From Balamuthia mandrillaris (lineage: Eukaryota), in contig JAVKOQ020000049.1 in assembly GCA_031835245.2 (NCBI GenBank), positions 124,001 to 188,000 on the forward strand: a stretch of 64,000 nt of DNA. The letters are read 5' to 3'. Below the pieces are notes generated by a model, which saw only the letters and a list, made by a program, of their open reading frames with translations, did no database searches and had not been told where the DNA came from. Shown piece by piece: positions 1 to 14,021 of the stretch; position 1 is the first letter of the stretch; each line of letters starts with the position of its first letter. A program made the position numbers and the translations under genes.

Positions 1-1298
1 ATTGAATTTACGTCAAGTTATCGTCGTTCGCATGAAGACTTTGACGAAAATGAAGAAGCAAGAGGAAAAGCAGAAGCACGATTGTTAGACGTACATGAAA
101 GTGAACATGAACACGAAGAAGACTATGTTGAAGATGGTTTGACCGTAACTGCCATCTACACCAAGATATGGCAAATTGTCAACCTTCAACACATGAGAAA
201 GTTGCTTTTAGTATTGGTGTTGTACAAGATTGGCTTCATGGCGGCGGACAGCGTTGGCGCGTTGAAGCTGATAGAAAAGGGCTTCAAGAAGGAGGACTTG
301 GCTTTGTTCGTCTTGATAGAGTTTCCATTCCAGATATGCTCCGCTGTACTGGCTGGTCGTTGGTCCAGTGGTGATCAACCGTTAAAAGTAGTACGTATTT
401 GTCTCCCTGTTATTGGTTTTTTTTTTTGTTTGTTTCTTTGTTTTTTTGTTCATCTTGTTCTGTTTTGCTTTGTTGAATTACTAATCGATTGTATTGTAAC
501 TAGTGGCTGACTTCATATAAAATGCGGCTGGCAATTTCGTCGCTGAGCGTGTTGGTCATCTACTTCTTCCCTGCCTCTGGACACATCAGCTATGGCTACT
601 ATTTCTTGATTTTGGGTGTCACGCTTGCCACCTCCTTTGCTGGCACTGTTCAATTTGTGTCTCAGGTACCTTTTTTTTCAATCTCCTTTTTGCTTCTCTG
701 CTCTTTCTCTTTTCTTTTCCTTGCTTCTCCTCTTGTCTCTTTTTTCTTCATCTTCTTTTTATCACCTTCAAAACACGCACTAACAAATTTCGATAACTTG
801 CAAAAGGGAGCTTTCTTTGCACGAATCAGCGATTCCTCAATAGGAGGCACCTACTTAACTCTCCTCAACACATTCTCCAATTTCGGTGGGACATGGCCCA
901 AGTTCTTCGTTCTTTACTTTGTCGACTTTTTCACCACCAAACATTGCATACTCAACAACAATGATAATGACGATGCAGCAGGTGCCTCAGCCTCTCTTTC
1001 GAACAACAACTTTTGTGCTTCGGAAGAAGAACAAGAGAGTTGTGTTGCTTTAGGAGGAACTTGTACGATTGTCAGCGATGGATACTATCTTGTGGCGATG
1101 GCGTGCAGCGTTATAGGCCTTATCACATTCCTCTTCCTACAGAGATACTTTTTGCCCTTGCAACACCTGAAGAAGTCAGCATGGATGTTACCTCGTTCAT
1201 CTGCTTCTTCGTTTTCCTCTTCTTCAGAACATGTTATAGAAAGAGGAGGAGGGGATGGTTCTTCTTCGACTGTTGCTCACCGTAAATCCAACAACTGA
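1..1298 (+). CDS. Acetyl-CoA transporter (AT-1/SLC33A1-like, MFS), 5'-truncated, spliced
   Basis: Motifs LKLIEKGFKKEDLA, VQFVSQ|GAFFARISDSSIGGTYLTLLNTFSNFGGTWP and DGYY; introns ~391-503 and ~666-807; frame open from base 1. Confidence 0.9.
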
Positions 1299-1894
1299 GT
1301 TCACTTTCGACTTCTTGCTTTCTTGTCCTTTCAACTTCTTTCTTGTCGTTTCTTTCTTTCTTTCTTTTCCTTATTCTTGTTCTTATTCGTTGCCTTCCTG
1401 ATTCCTTGCTTCACTGATTCTCTTCAGCCCTGACCAGGCTTGCAACGTTTGACCGCTCCCTACCTTCTTCTTGTTTGACCGCTTGTTTTCATTTTTTCAT
1501 TTTTTTTTTTTGTACCAGTGATTACTTTTCAGATAGAAAGAACAAAAAAAGAAAAAACAAAAACAAAAATACAGGAATTGCAGAACAGAGGTAACCAAAA
1601 AAAAAAGTTGCGAACTGCACACAGAAGGGCCCACTAATATTCTCTGCTTCAGGACTCCACTTAAAAAAAAACGAACAAAAACAAAAAGAAGAGCAAGACC
1701 AGTACAGCGTAAATTCTTTCGGGAGGAATAAGAGACAACAAAAAAAAGGGGTAACTAAACGGAGTTTTTTTTATTTTGTTTTGTGTCCTTTTGTTTCTTT
1801 AAAATATCAACTCACTTCATCTTTTGGTTGTGTTTTGTGGCTTTATTTTTAATTTTTTTATTTTTTTTATTTTTTTGGGTGAAAGCTCTGAGCA

Positions 1895-4800
1895 ATGGAA
1901 GAAAGAAGAGGACGAGACAGAAAATCATTTTCTCCTCTTTCTTCCGCCTCTCACGAAGAAACTAGACTCGCGAGAAGAGCTGAACGGCAGCAAAGACGGA
2001 AGGGAAGAGGGCAATTCAAAAGCCTGAGCCCTCCTCCTCAACAACAACAAAACGACATCATCAAAAAAACAACAACAAAAACAGTTGAGTTTATTAACCC
2101 TGAGGAACAACAGCAACAAACTGATCAGCAGCCACAACAATCGCCAAAACGAGACGTGAAAAAACATTACCACGAGCTTCCAAAGAAATCGATGTTTGCC
2201 AAACCAATCGTAGTAAAAACGAAAAGCGACCGCAACTGTCGTCTTGCCGCTCATCTACAACCTCAACAACCCCAACAACCTCAACAACCTCAACAGCAAC
2301 AACAGCAACAGCTTCAGCTTCAGCCTCAACAGCAACAACAGAGACGACAAAAAAGTTTAAACGAAAGAAAACAGCGAAGTTCGAATGGACATGGCAGCAA
2401 TAACGGCAGTCAACACTTTCAACGACCTCGAAACAGAAGAAAGTTAACGGAAGAAGAGAGGGAAGAGTTTTTCACAAACGTTGAAGAACTTCGTCTTTTG
2501 CTAAACGAAGTTGAAAAAGCAGAAGATAAACTTGAGAAGATAAGGGCCAAAGATGCAACAGAAGAAAGCGATTCAACAGAAGACAGCTCTACAGAAGAAG
2601 AGGACGACGATGATGAAGAAGATACTGATTCAGACGATGATGACGAGGACGAGGACGAGGACGAGGACAAAGACGAGGAGCAAGACGATAGTCGCCGTTT
2701 GCGTTCCGCTTCTTATCTTCTGAAGACTTATTATCATTCTCGACCAAAACAAAACTTTCACTTGGTCGATCCTTTGGAACAAGATACCAACAAGGGAGAA
2801 GCTCAAAAGAAAAAACAATCGCCAAAAGACAACCAGAAAGAAAAGAAGAAAAAGAAGAACGTGTTCTCTTCTTTGTTGTCTTCTTCCTCGTCAACAAAAA
2901 CAACTGCTAGTGGCGTTTGGAAAAAACAACATGAAGAAGAAGACGAAATGATGAAACTTTGTTTTGATGAAAAAGAGTCGCCGTCGAATATTGTGTATGA
3001 CAAGGACAACGAGATTGTTGCTGTTTCTTTGGCCAAACTCATCGACAAGCTTGTTCGCTTTGCTTCTAAAGCTGGTTTGTTTTCTTTATTTCCTTTTCTT
3101 TCCCTTTTACTTCCTTTTTCTTTAGTTCTAACCAGCACGAAAACAGCTGATGCAGAAGAGGCTTCTACGTTTGACTTAGAGTGGGGTTCCATCATGAGCG
3201 AGGTCAAGAAAAACCTTACTCCCGGCGAAGGTATGTTTTTCTTTCTTTGTTATCGTTTCTTTCTTGCGTTTCTTTCTTTCTTTCTTTTCGTTTCTTTCTT
3301 TCCCTTATTCTTCTTCTTATTCGTTTTATAACTGTGTTTAAATTGTAGAAGAGAGTAACTCAGACGACGAAGAAGACGGAGAAGGCTTATCAGATGACTT
3401 TTCCTCAGACGATTGGTCTTTTGAAGCTATTCTCAACGAAGCCAAAGTTCTCAAAAGCCCTCGTAAACTGGAACCTAAAGAGCAGAAAGACGATCAACAG
3501 CGACCATTACAAACACGTTCTGCTTCCATGCCGCCGGCAGTAACTTGTTTGGACAAAAGCAATATCAATAATAGCGCCAACGTTACCAGCAGCAGTTATA
3601 ACAGTCCATTAGTGCAAAACAGACAACAGCAGTTACTCAATTCAATGAGGGAAAGAGGAAAGACGGACTCGTTCGTGATCACTGGCGGCAGTTTCTCTGT
3701 GCTCAACTCTCCTGTTCGCTTTGCGGCAACCTCCCCTCCTTCTTCTACATCGACCTCATCTACTCCTTCGTTCCGTCCTCTCGCCCACTCGTCTGCTGTT
3801 GTGACTACCACTGCAGTACAAAAGAAGGCTTCTCCTTCTCCGGTTCCTTCTTTAACTTCTGGTAATTACTTTTGCCTTTTTCTCTTCAAAGTGTTTCATT
3901 TGACAATCAATTTCTCATTTTTCTTTCGCTCAAAAGATCCAAGAGCACGTTTCGTTCAGACCGAAGGAGGAGCACTTTCACGCTCTCACTCGTCCTTATC
4001 TGCCAAAAAGAAAAAGAACAGCATATCTGGAGCCAAAGAACTCTTTGGTTCTTCAAATTCCATTCAGCCTCAACAACAACAGCAGCAGCAACAGCCTTCT
4101 TTGTTGCCTGAACCTGACTTTCTGGAACAGTTCTTGTTAAGCTACCAGCTGTTTCTTTCCCCGTTGGCGTTGATGAAAGCTGTCATTTTGAGAAGCAATG
4201 CTATAAATCCCTCAGCTTTTACGAGAGCCGAACTTCAGAAAGGGTAACTCTCATTCCTCTTCTTCTCCCTTCATGGTATGATGACCATTAATGTCTTTCA
4301 AAAACAAACCAACAGTCTATTTTATATATTTCAACAATGGATCTTCCTTCAACCTTCCGATATTTACAAAGACGAGAAGACCTACAACTACTTTCGTAAA
4401 TATGTTTTAGCTGTGGGAAGAGAAGACGTCAAAGAGAAGCTCTTCACCGCCAAACAAACTGGAGACCTGACCGGTCTTTTGGAGAAGAGAAAGGAGGAAG
4501 AACGATTTGAGGAAGAAGAATCCTCTTTGGTAGTGGAAGGCAAATCTTCCTCGTCCATGCTACCTATTAACGGTGGAAGCAGCGGTAATGACTCTTCTAA
4601 GAAACCTATTAGTTGGAGAAACATTAAGGTCTCTTCCTTCTTTATTCTATAGTTCTCTCTCTCTCTCTCTCTCTCGCTCGCTCCTCTCTTCTCTGCTTCT
4701 GCTTCAATGGACTAAAATTTATTGGTGTTCAAGTCGGAGGAGGCAGCAAGGCAGCTTACTCTAATGGAGTATGCCAAGTTTAAGCTCATCCGTGTTACGG

Positions 4801-4907
4801 AGTTGTTGAAGATGGGATGGACCAAGAGCAACAAGAACAAGGATGCTCCTCATATCGTCGCATTTACTCATCATTTCAATCATGTATGTTTTTTTCTCCG
4901 CTGCTCT

Positions 4908-4946
<39 letters not shown>

Positions 4947-5796
4947 GTCTTCGTTTGTTCATAGTCAGTAACAACTAAATAGATGAGTGGATGGATGGCC
5001 TCCGAAATTGTGCGACACTCAAAACTAGAAACAAGAGTTAAGCTCATCAAAAAGTTCATTCGTATTGCGGAGGTACTTTTTCTTCACTCCTCTTTATTAC
5101 TTGCTTCTTTCTCATCACAAAAACACACAAACAGATATGTTTGGAGTTAAACAACTTCAATGGAGTCTTAGAGATCCTCTGCGCTCTCAACAACACCTCC
5201 ATATCTCGCTTGAAGAGCACATGGCTAGCTCTTCCCGGAGATTACTCTCTCCGCTTGGAGCGTCTGGACTCGCTCATGAGCCCCAAGAACAATCGACGCA
5301 ACTATCGCAACCACCTGCAACGGTTGCGCCCTCCCTGCGTGCCCTATCTCGGCGTTTTTCTTGGAGACTTGACTTTTATCGATGACGGCAACAGCACTTT
5401 TGTCAGTGGCGAGAAGGCGTTACGATTGGCTTCTCCTTCTCCTTCGCCTTCTTCTTCTTTATCTTCAACATCATTGCAAAAGACAAAAGGAGCAAGCAGT
5501 GAGGACGACGATGATGATGGAGATGATGAGAGTGGACGCTCGAGTTTGGATGATGAGGATCATCAAAACGGAGAAGAAGACGAAAGAAAAAGATGATCAA
5601 CTTTGCAAAGTTGAAAATGGTGTCGAGGATTATTCGCGTCATCTATTACTTCCAGCAGAGTCCTTACTTTGAAGAGGCCAACCCGCGAATCCAACAGTTC
5701 TTGGCGGATACCTCCAAACACAACGTCCTCTCCGAAGAAGAGCTCTATCAGGCATCCATTCGTCTTCGACCCATTCAAGGTGGCCCTTCCACTTAA
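1895..5796 (+). CDS. RasGEF (REM + CDC25 domain) with long Q/acidic N-terminus, multi-exon
   Basis: EEAARQLTLMEY, LNNFNGVLEILCAL, SISRLKSTW, PPCVPYLGVFLGDLTFIDDGN, MINFAKL. Confidence 0.9.
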
Positions 5797-5914
5797 AGTG
5801 AAACTTCTCACCTTCCATTTTTTTTTGTTTTCATGTTTTCTCTGTATTTTCTTTTACAATTGTACATTATACGTTTAAAAACCACTTCGTTGCTTTAAAG
5901 AAGGAGTTAAAAAG

Positions 5915-6197
5915 TTAGGTGCCCGTCATCAGTTTTACAAAGGCGGGAAAGGAGATGTGGCCATCGCCGTCGAGGTTGGCCTCTCGTATCATTTCGTCGA
6001 GGTCCTCGTGGCGAATTGGATCTCCTGCTTTTGTCAGCACTTCGCGAAGGTCCGCCAGTGATATACGCCCGCTGTTGCCTCTGTCAAATAACTGCGATTT
6101 ATCTGAGCAGTGCAACAGAGGAAAGAGAGAGAGAGGAAGAGAGGAAGAGAGAGAGAGAGAGAGAAGAGAGACAGAGGAAGAGAGACAGAGAGACAGA

Positions 6198-6240
<43 letters not shown>

Positions 6241-6735
6241 AGAGAGAGAGGAAGAGAGAGAGACAGAGAGACAGGGAGACAGAGACAACAAAACAGTGGG
6301 GGAGAGGGCAGTAAGAGTGACGTACCTGCCAGGCTTTTCTGAGGTCGGGTTCAAGGGCCTGCCAAGAAATGTGCTTATCCATCATTTGTATAAATTCATC
6401 ACAGTCTATCGCTCCACTTTGATCTAATTTTTTTTTGTTTTTAAACAGCAGGAAAACAAAAAACCACACCACCCACAAAGACATTAATCAAAAAACGTGA
6501 TCAAACTAAACAGATGAGCAAAAAAAAAAAAAACGCAAGCGTTACCTGTGTCGACGCTTTCAATCATCGCTTTCAGCTCAGCGGCAGAGGGTTGCAAGCC
6601 CATCGACTTCATGACGGCCTCCAGCTCCTTCAGAGTGATCAGCCCATCCCCGTCCCGGTCGAACAGAGAGAAATACTCCTTGAAGTCACGCAGCTGCTCC
6701 TCGCTGCCCTTGTTGCTGCCATGTCTTGCTTCCAT
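5915..6735 (-). CDS. Calmodulin-like EF-hand protein, 3 exons
   Basis: [29 protein letters not shown]; four EF-hand-like loops, of which loops 3 and 4 are degenerate. Confidence 0.88.
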
Positions 6736-6831
6736 TGCACTTGTTTATTTGTGCGGGTTGCTCTTTTTACGGAGTGCGGCAACCTAATATCCTGAATGTA
6801 ATTTATGTTATGATTTAAAAATTAAAAAGAT

Positions 6832-6913
6832 CGACATCGGCAGGATTCGAACCTGCGCGGGCAGAGCCCAATTGATTTCTAGTCAATCACCTTAACCACT
6901 CGGTCACGATGTC
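6832..6913 (-). tRNA. tRNA-Ser(AGA)
   Basis: Reverse complement GACATCGTGACCGAGTGGTTAAGGTGATTGACTAGAAATCAATTGGGCTCTGCCCGCGCAGGTTCGAATCCTGCCGATGTCG: 7-bp acceptor stem, anticodon arm ATTGA-CTAGAAA-TCAAT, long variable arm, discriminator G, T-run downstream. Confidence 0.96.
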
Positions 6914-7120
6914 TTCGTTGCGATTAAGCCCTCTTCGGGGCAGATTCATTTCCGTTATTCCCTTTCTATAACGTTACTGATCGGTTGCCCAGCCGAAACA
7001 GTCCGATTCGCCCCATTGAACGAAAACGATAACCGCAAATACCTATCTATCGGACCTGAGAGGCTGTTTGCTCCGAACAACCCTAGGGACTTGACACCGA
7101 CAACAAAACATTCACGGGTA

Positions 7121-8163
7121 ATGGATGTATCATCCTCCTCCTCCTCCCCAAAGGTTTGGTTCATCACGGGCTGCTCCACCGGCTTCGGCAGGGCAATCGC
7201 CCTGGCGGCTCTGCAGCGCGGCGACCAAGTCATCGCCACCGCACGAAACGTTGAGAGGCTCGCTGAGTTGAGGGCAGCTGGCGCGCATGTACTCGCGCTT
7301 GATGTGACCAGCCCGTTGGTGGAGCTGGAGGCCCTGGCCAACGAGGCCATAAAGGTCCACGGCCAGGTGGACATCCTCGTCAACAACGCTGGCTATACTC
7401 AAACTGGAGCCCTCGAGGAAGTCACGTAAGTTGGCACCTATTCACACAACAATGAAAAAGCCAAGTGCTAACAACTGTTAAAAAAGGCCCGAACAAACCT
7501 TCGCCCAGTTCAACACGAATGTGTTTGGACTGCTCAACGTTACGCGCGCCTTCCTGCCCCACATGCGCGAGCGAAAGGCCGGAGTGATCGCTCTCATCGG
7601 CAGCATGGTCGGTTGGGTAGGTTATCCCGGTGTCGGTCTCTACTGCGCTTCCAAGTTTGCTGTTGAAGGTAACGCATTTATACGCATCACGTCAACCCAT
7701 GCTTGCCTGCCAAACTAAACAATGTGTGAACCACAAAACATCGTGCTTAGGTCTTGGAGAAGCCTTGCATGGAGAGTTGGCACCATTGGGTATCGCTGTC
7801 ACGGTGATAGAACCTGGCTCTTTTCGGACGGCCCTCCTCAAAGAAGGCTCTAACTTGGGTGCGGCCTCCCGTCACATTGATGACTACAAGCCATCCGCAG
7901 GCTACGCCTTGAAGGTCGTGAAGGAACGTGATGGCAAGCAGGAAGGTGACGCCGTCAAGGGCGCGCAGCGCATCGTGGACGTGCTCACGCTCTCAGGGAG
8001 CGCTGCTGGCCGCCAGCAGATCCCCATTCGTTTCGCTCTTGGCGGCGATGCCGTGGAGGCCATCAAGGGCAAGATTCAAAGCTCGTTGGCCATGTTGGAG
8101 GAGTGGAAGGACCTCTCGCTTGGCACCGAACACGAGGACGCAGCAGCACCTTCCTCCCAATAA
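7121..8163 (+). CDS. Short-chain dehydrogenase/reductase (classical SDR), 3 exons
   Basis: VWFITGCSTGFG, DILVNNAG, catalytic YCASK, IEPGSFRT. Confidence 0.93.
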
Positions 8164-8206
8164 CCGTCCAGCAGACCAGAAGAGGAGAGGCAACGCCATT
8201 ACAGGG

Positions 8207-8226
8207 TTTTCGTGTCGACACGAAAA
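8207..8226. promoter_or_regulatory. Perfect 20-bp palindrome TTTTCGTGTCGACACGAAAA upstream of IPP isomerase
   Basis: Self-complementary sequence read directly; the core recurs in other intergenic regions; regulatory role inferred. Confidence 0.55.
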
Positions 8227-8332
8227 GTAGAGGTACAACTGCACTATTTGTTGTCAATAATTGGTCAAAATGCATCGTGTCGTCGACAAAAAATAGAACA
8301 CAAAAGGAAAGAAATAGCGGAGAAGAGAGAAA

Positions 8333-9642
8333 ATGGAGGAAGCAGGCAAGACGGCAATGGAGGAAGCAGGCAAGACGGCGATGAACGGAGCTCCGGCTGG
8401 CGCTTTGCCCGTGAACGCGCGGGTCCTCACGAAAGAGGAGGAAGAGGCCTACAACACGTGCGACCCCGAGCAACGTCCCCTCTTCCAGGAAATGTGCATC
8501 CGCATCGACCACGAGGACCAGGTGCTCGGCCCCATCGCCAAGCGGGACTGCCACCTCAACAGCGCCATCCGCGAGGGCATCCTCCACCGCGCCTTCTCCG
8601 TCTTCCTCTTCTCCTCCAAGGAGAACGGCACCAAGCTGCTCCTCCAACAACGCTCCGACAAGAAGCCCACCTTCCCGCTGCATTGGACCAACACCTGCTG
8701 CTCTCACCCGGTCTACTTTGTGGACCCCAAAAACACGGAGGGGGGAGAGGGCATACCCCAAGAGGACTGGGAGTTGGAGGAGGGCCGTCAGCTGGGCGTA
8801 AAGAGGGCCGCCAAGAGGAAGCTTTGGCACGAGCTCGGCATTGCGGCGCATCACGTGCCGGACGTGGAGAGGGACTTCACCTTCCTCACCAGGATACATT
8901 ACATGTCGGAGAAGGGCTCTGGTGACGGCGTTTGGGGTGAACATGAGAGTGCGTTCCTTCTTGTTGTCATGCTTTTTTTTTTTTTGCTTTTGTTCCTTGT
9001 CTTGTTTCTCTTTGTTGGTCTATCGGCGGTTCCCTCTTGTTTTTCAGAATCTGTGCGACGCACGTTTGTCGTTTCATTCTCTTTCTCTCTTGTTCTATTT
9101 CTTTCGTTATTTCTCTTTTCTCTCTTCCTTTCCTCTTCTTCCGCTTATTCTTTCGCTTCGTCTTTCTTCTCTTCCCTCTTCTTCCGCTCTTACTCCGGCT
9201 TCTTCTTTTACTTCTCTGCTTTTACTTCATTTAACGCAATTTTCTTCTATTCTTCTTCTCCTCTTCTTGCTTTCATTGTCCTTGTGTCGTTCTCTGCTGT
9301 CCCTCATGCCTCCTCGTTCCCTACCTTTTTTTATCCCCCTCTCGTCTTCTCTCTCCCCCTCCCTCCTTTTCTCACCCATGTACGCTTTATACAGTCGACT
9401 ACATTTTGTTCCTTCAGCGAGACGTGGAGGTGGTGCCTCGTCCCAACGAAGTGAAGGAGTATCGTTGGGTCACCCAACAGGAGCTCACCGAGTTTATGGA
9501 AACGGCGGAAGGGAACGGGGTGGCCATAACGCCATGGTTCAAGCTCATCGTGGAAAAATTCTTGTTTAAGTGGTGGGACGCTCTTCTTCGGGATGACCTG
9601 GCCTCTCAGGCTGACGTTGACACCATCCATCGCCTTTGCTGA
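8333..9642 (+). CDS. IDI1: Isopentenyl-diphosphate delta-isomerase type 1, 2 exons
   Basis: LHRAFSVFLF, LLLQQRS-K-TFP, WTNTCCSHP, WGEHE|IDYILF, ITPWFKLI; intron ~8948-9393. Confidence 0.95.
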
Positions 9643-10420
9643 TGCTCTGCTTTTCTCTCTCTTCTTCTTTCTTTCTTTCTTCCTTTCTTTCTAATTTTCT
9701 CTCTCTCTCTCTCTCTCTCTCTGTACTTTCCTCTTCTTATCTTCTCTCTCTTCTCTCTTCTCCCCTCTCTCGTTCCCTCTTGCGCTCTCTTCTTCCTGTC
9801 TCTGCCCTATCTATCTTTTGGCCGTTCTACCGCAAAAAATAAAATAAAACATAATGAAAGATCACTTTTCGGCAGGTTTCTAAGCAACAGGAAGCCCTTT
9901 TTTTGCTCATGTATCATAGCAACAAATGGAAAAGGTAACCGATCTATTGTTCGATGATCGGAGCGAAAGCCGTTTTTTGGATAATTGGTGGGTAAACGGT
10001 TGCCAAGGAGACCACTAACGAGCAATAAGGTAAGTTTTTCGTTCATGGGTGATGCGACCATTCGCAAAACTTTGGTTTTAGGATCGAGTGGAGTGCGGGG
10101 TGAAGTTCGATCTCGGTGCGGTGTTTATGAGAATCCGTTAACCCACGACGCACGTTGAAATGATGTTACGTAGGAAACTGAACGAGAAGGAGGGTGTTGG
10201 ATGGCATTCATTCACCCTGTAGATCGCCCGAAGTTATCATGCTCTGCTCTCCCCCGCAAAAACCCTTTGTATTGTTTTACGTTTTTTTTGAAACTATGTT
10301 TTACCTTTGGACAGGCTCGTTGGTTCACCTGGGCACCAGATAGTGTTCCACTTTCCCTGTTGTACGTCTCGTTCTTTCGGAGGAACGTCCTTTCAAAACA
10401 GGCGGAAAACAGCAGGAGTT

Positions 10421-11792
10421 ATGCATAAAACTCTTCCTCCGTTGGAACACCTGACCGCTGCTCCCTCTTCTGCTTGCACTGCCGCTTCCACAACCGCACT
10501 GCGGGTTCCGGGATTCTGCTCGGTCCCTCCCACAACTCCACAAGACATCTTTCCCATGATGGGCTATCACCCTTCCGCAACAACCATAACTCCTGCCACT
10601 CCGAGTCAACAACACCCTTTTCTTCTGAACCACCACAACGCCCTAGAAATGCGCTTCCACTGTGAACCACAAAACATGTCTCCTCCTCGTTTTCGTCTTC
10701 GAGAGAGCTACAGCGGCCACCCAATAATGAGTGACCCAAGGGAGCAACAATTGGAACAAGTCTTCGGCACGGCCAATGACTTGGTCTGCTTTGCACAGGC
10801 GATGAAAGCGGGGGGAGCTGCTTGCTCGCTGCAACACTGGCAAAGGATGCTCACACAAACGCTCCACCTCCAACAGTTAGTTCTTGGGGCAATGGATAAC
10901 ATTCGAGAAAGCACCTCCACACCGGGTGAACTCTCTTCCTCCTCTGTTCCTACTTCCATATCAATATCAACTCCGTCTAACAGTTGGGGCTTTGAAAGCT
11001 TCTCCTCCTTCTCCTCTACTCTTCCTTTGGCTTCCTCCGCCTCTTCTTTCTCTGCTCCTGCCCTGAGGGATCATCGTGTCTCGGAGATTCAGCAACAAAG
11101 TGGCGGCAGTGGGGCGCATGGTCTACGAAGTTACAGTCTTCCTCATCAAAGATCCTTCGACAAACGTCCCAGCTGCCGTGGGGCAGATCGCCGAAGACTT
11201 TCTTTCTCTCAGCTCTCTTCGCAGAGCGATGATACAGATGACGCTATTTCTTCTTCTTCTTCTTCTTCTGCCCCTTCCTCAACTTCGCTTCTTAACCTCC
11301 ACAATGATGAACCGTCTTCGCCGTCAGCACATTATGGAACTCAGATGGAGTTCCAAAACGCTTCCGTATGGGGAGATGGAGAAAGCGAAATGGGAGCGTT
11401 GGTGAGAGAGGCAGAGGTTGCTCTGTCTACAGTTGAGAGAAGAGGCTCAGGAACAAGCTCTTCGGGCTGTAGTTCGGCTTCCAACTCGTATCCTTCCTCT
11501 CCCTTGGACGGTGGCTTAAGCCCTCGCATTTGTCTTAACTGCGGCACTTCTGAAACTCCGGAATGGCGAAGAGGGCCACAAGGCAGAAGGACGTATGTTC
11601 TTTCTTCCTTCGATCTTCCGTCTTCTTTCTGCTCATTTCGTTTGATCTTGTTACTTCTATCATCTTGCTTCTTCCTGATGATGAATGAGCAGGTTGTGCA
11701 ATCGGTGTGGGCTTCGGTATGCCAAGGCGAAAAAGAGAACAGAGAGACAGATAACTCGACAGAAAGGCAGCATTCAGGCCATCCTCAATTAA
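10421..11792 (+). CDS. GATA zinc-finger transcription factor
   Basis: CLNCGTSETPEWRRGPQGRRT|LCNRCGLRY formed across intron ~11593-11692. Confidence 0.9.
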
Positions 11793-12038
11793 AGCGTAGT
11801 TGCTCACAACCGTTTAGGAAAGGGTTGATGCAGCAAAAGATCCAAACTGATGTACAGTCGTAAATGCACTTGTAAAAGAGAAGAAAAATAAAAAGCAGAC
11901 AAAGGTCATTGTATTGTCATACGTACTCATAAGTTACTTTCACTGGGCGTTTTTCAGCTGTAGTTAGTAAGAGAGATGAGGAGCGAACTGAACGAAAGAA
12001 GTGAAAGATAAAAAAGAACATCTCTATTGTGCCAGTTA

Positions 12039-13671
12039 TCAGGACTTCCCACTGTCACCAAACAGTCGCATTGCTTTCTTTATTTGTTCATCTGTCATCA
12101 TGTAAGTGGAAGAAAGTGTGAGAGAGAGAGAGAGAGAGAGAGGGCAACGTACAGGCAGCAATAGTCAGGGCAGTAGCGTTTGAAATCCAAAGTACTCGGG
12201 CACCCATTCCCTTTGCGAATGCAGAGATGCCTTCCTGTTTAGCTATTTGTCGTGCAGCGTCCATCCATCCTTTATACTCAGAGCCCACCTTTTTGTGGTC
12301 AACACGTTAGTTATTCTCAAAAAAGGCATAGGGAAAGGAAAGTGGAGAAAGACGGGAGAAAAGAAGTCTCGCACCTGTATCCTAGTCTTTATAACATCAA
12401 GTGGACCAGTAACCGCAGCAGCTACTGCACCAGCATAAGCTCCTCCAACTATGTTTCAAAGTCAATAACAATAGCAAAGGAAAAGGGAGCACAGAGGAAA
12501 CAAACCAAATTGATGCGGAAGAGAAAGGTCATCGACGGAAGGCAAACCGTACCATTTCTTCATTTGCAGTTTGGCGTGCTCATACGCCACAAAATAAATA
12601 CCAACAAAAGGGCAATACACCGCCAGTCCCGCCCCAAAACCCTTTTTGTGTTCATTCATTCAGGTAATAAGTAAATGGAACAGAGGACAAAGAAGAGAAA
12701 GTTCCAATGAAACAAAGAAAGAGGCAACATGAACACAACACTCACTTTACACTGAGAGTAAAACAAGAAGCAGAACAGGGAAGGCATACATACCGTCCAA
12801 AGAGCACGAAAGCCTTCCTCCCTGACAATTGTCATCATGCAATGCCAACTCCCTCTGTACTTAACCTGAGGCACCGACGCCTCTCCCCCGCTCTTCCCAC
12901 CTGTCTCAGCTGCTCCCTTCATGCTGTTCCTCTGCACCTGCAACCGCTGCTTGATGACATCCTGCGGCGTCCACACCAGAGCTCCCGCAATGTCAGCCAC
13001 CACGCCGCCCGTGAAATGCACGAACGGACCCTTCTCTTCGAGCGGCGTGTTGGGCCTAAGCAACCTCTTGGTGGCTTCATAGCTGCCAAAGTAGAGTGCG
13101 TGGGCGGGCACCGTGAAGGCCGCCACCACAGGGAAGCCCTTGTAGAGACTGCGCCAGCCTTCGTGGCGGATGATCTGGGTGAACGTGTCCCATGTGTTCT
13201 TGTAGACTAAGGAAGGACCGGAGCCTCTCTTTGTTTTAAAAGTTGCAGAAAGAAGAGAGGAGGAGAAGGAGAAGGAGAAGGAGGAGGAGGAGAAGGAGAA
13301 GGAGGAGAAGGAGAAGGAGGAGGAAGAAATAACAAGTGAGCAACCAGTAAGGAGTATTCGTCAGTAAACTGCAGGATTAGAAGTGCTGAGAGAAACTAAC
13401 CTGAACTTGGAGTCTAGTGCGACAGGTATCGATCGGATGAACAACACCGTCACTGAACAAGCCTGTGTGTGTGACAGTGAAAATGATCACAGTTTATTTT
13501 TTGAAAACACAAAAAACTTTGGGTGGCCAGTCCATTTTACAGAAAAAAAATAGTGAGAGTACCTGCTGCAGCTCCTGCAAACAAGTGAAAAACAGCCGTC
13601 TCCTCCTCAGCAGCCGTTCTCTTCTTGGCGAGGCCTTTGTCCACCGGCCGATCCGTTCCTTGCTGCTGCAT
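12039..13671 (-). CDS. Mitochondrial carrier (SLC25 family), multi-exon
   Basis: Signature motifs HPIDTCRTRLQ, TPQDVIKQRLQ, PLDVIKTRIQ; VPAHALYFGSYE. Confidence 0.92.
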
Positions 13672-14021
13672 TCCCTTTTTTTTTCCACTAACTGTATTCT
13701 TGCACAACTTAAGCAGCTTTTCTGACCATCGACATATATTAAGGTGGTCGACAGTATTTCAAACTCGCCTTTACCCTTTACGTCGACAATTAACCACGAA
13801 AATCAAAGCACCAATCAAAAATCAAAGTAATATTGTCGACAAAAAAGAAAAGAAAGAAAAGTCCAAAGGAGCTTCGCTTTGCTGCTGCAGAGTGCTTCAC
13901 GCGAGCAGCCTCCCTCCCTCCTGCCTTTGTGTAACAACCGGTTCCCTTCTCTTCTTCTTCTTCTTCTTCTTCTTCTTTCGTTTCTTTTACAACAAACGCC
14001 CATGTATCACTACCAACCCGC

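Noticed and set aside
8063..8944. 293-aa antisense ORF over IDI1 (and similar shadows over the SDR and GTPase genes)
   Set aside because: Explained by GC-rich third-position bias of the sense gene
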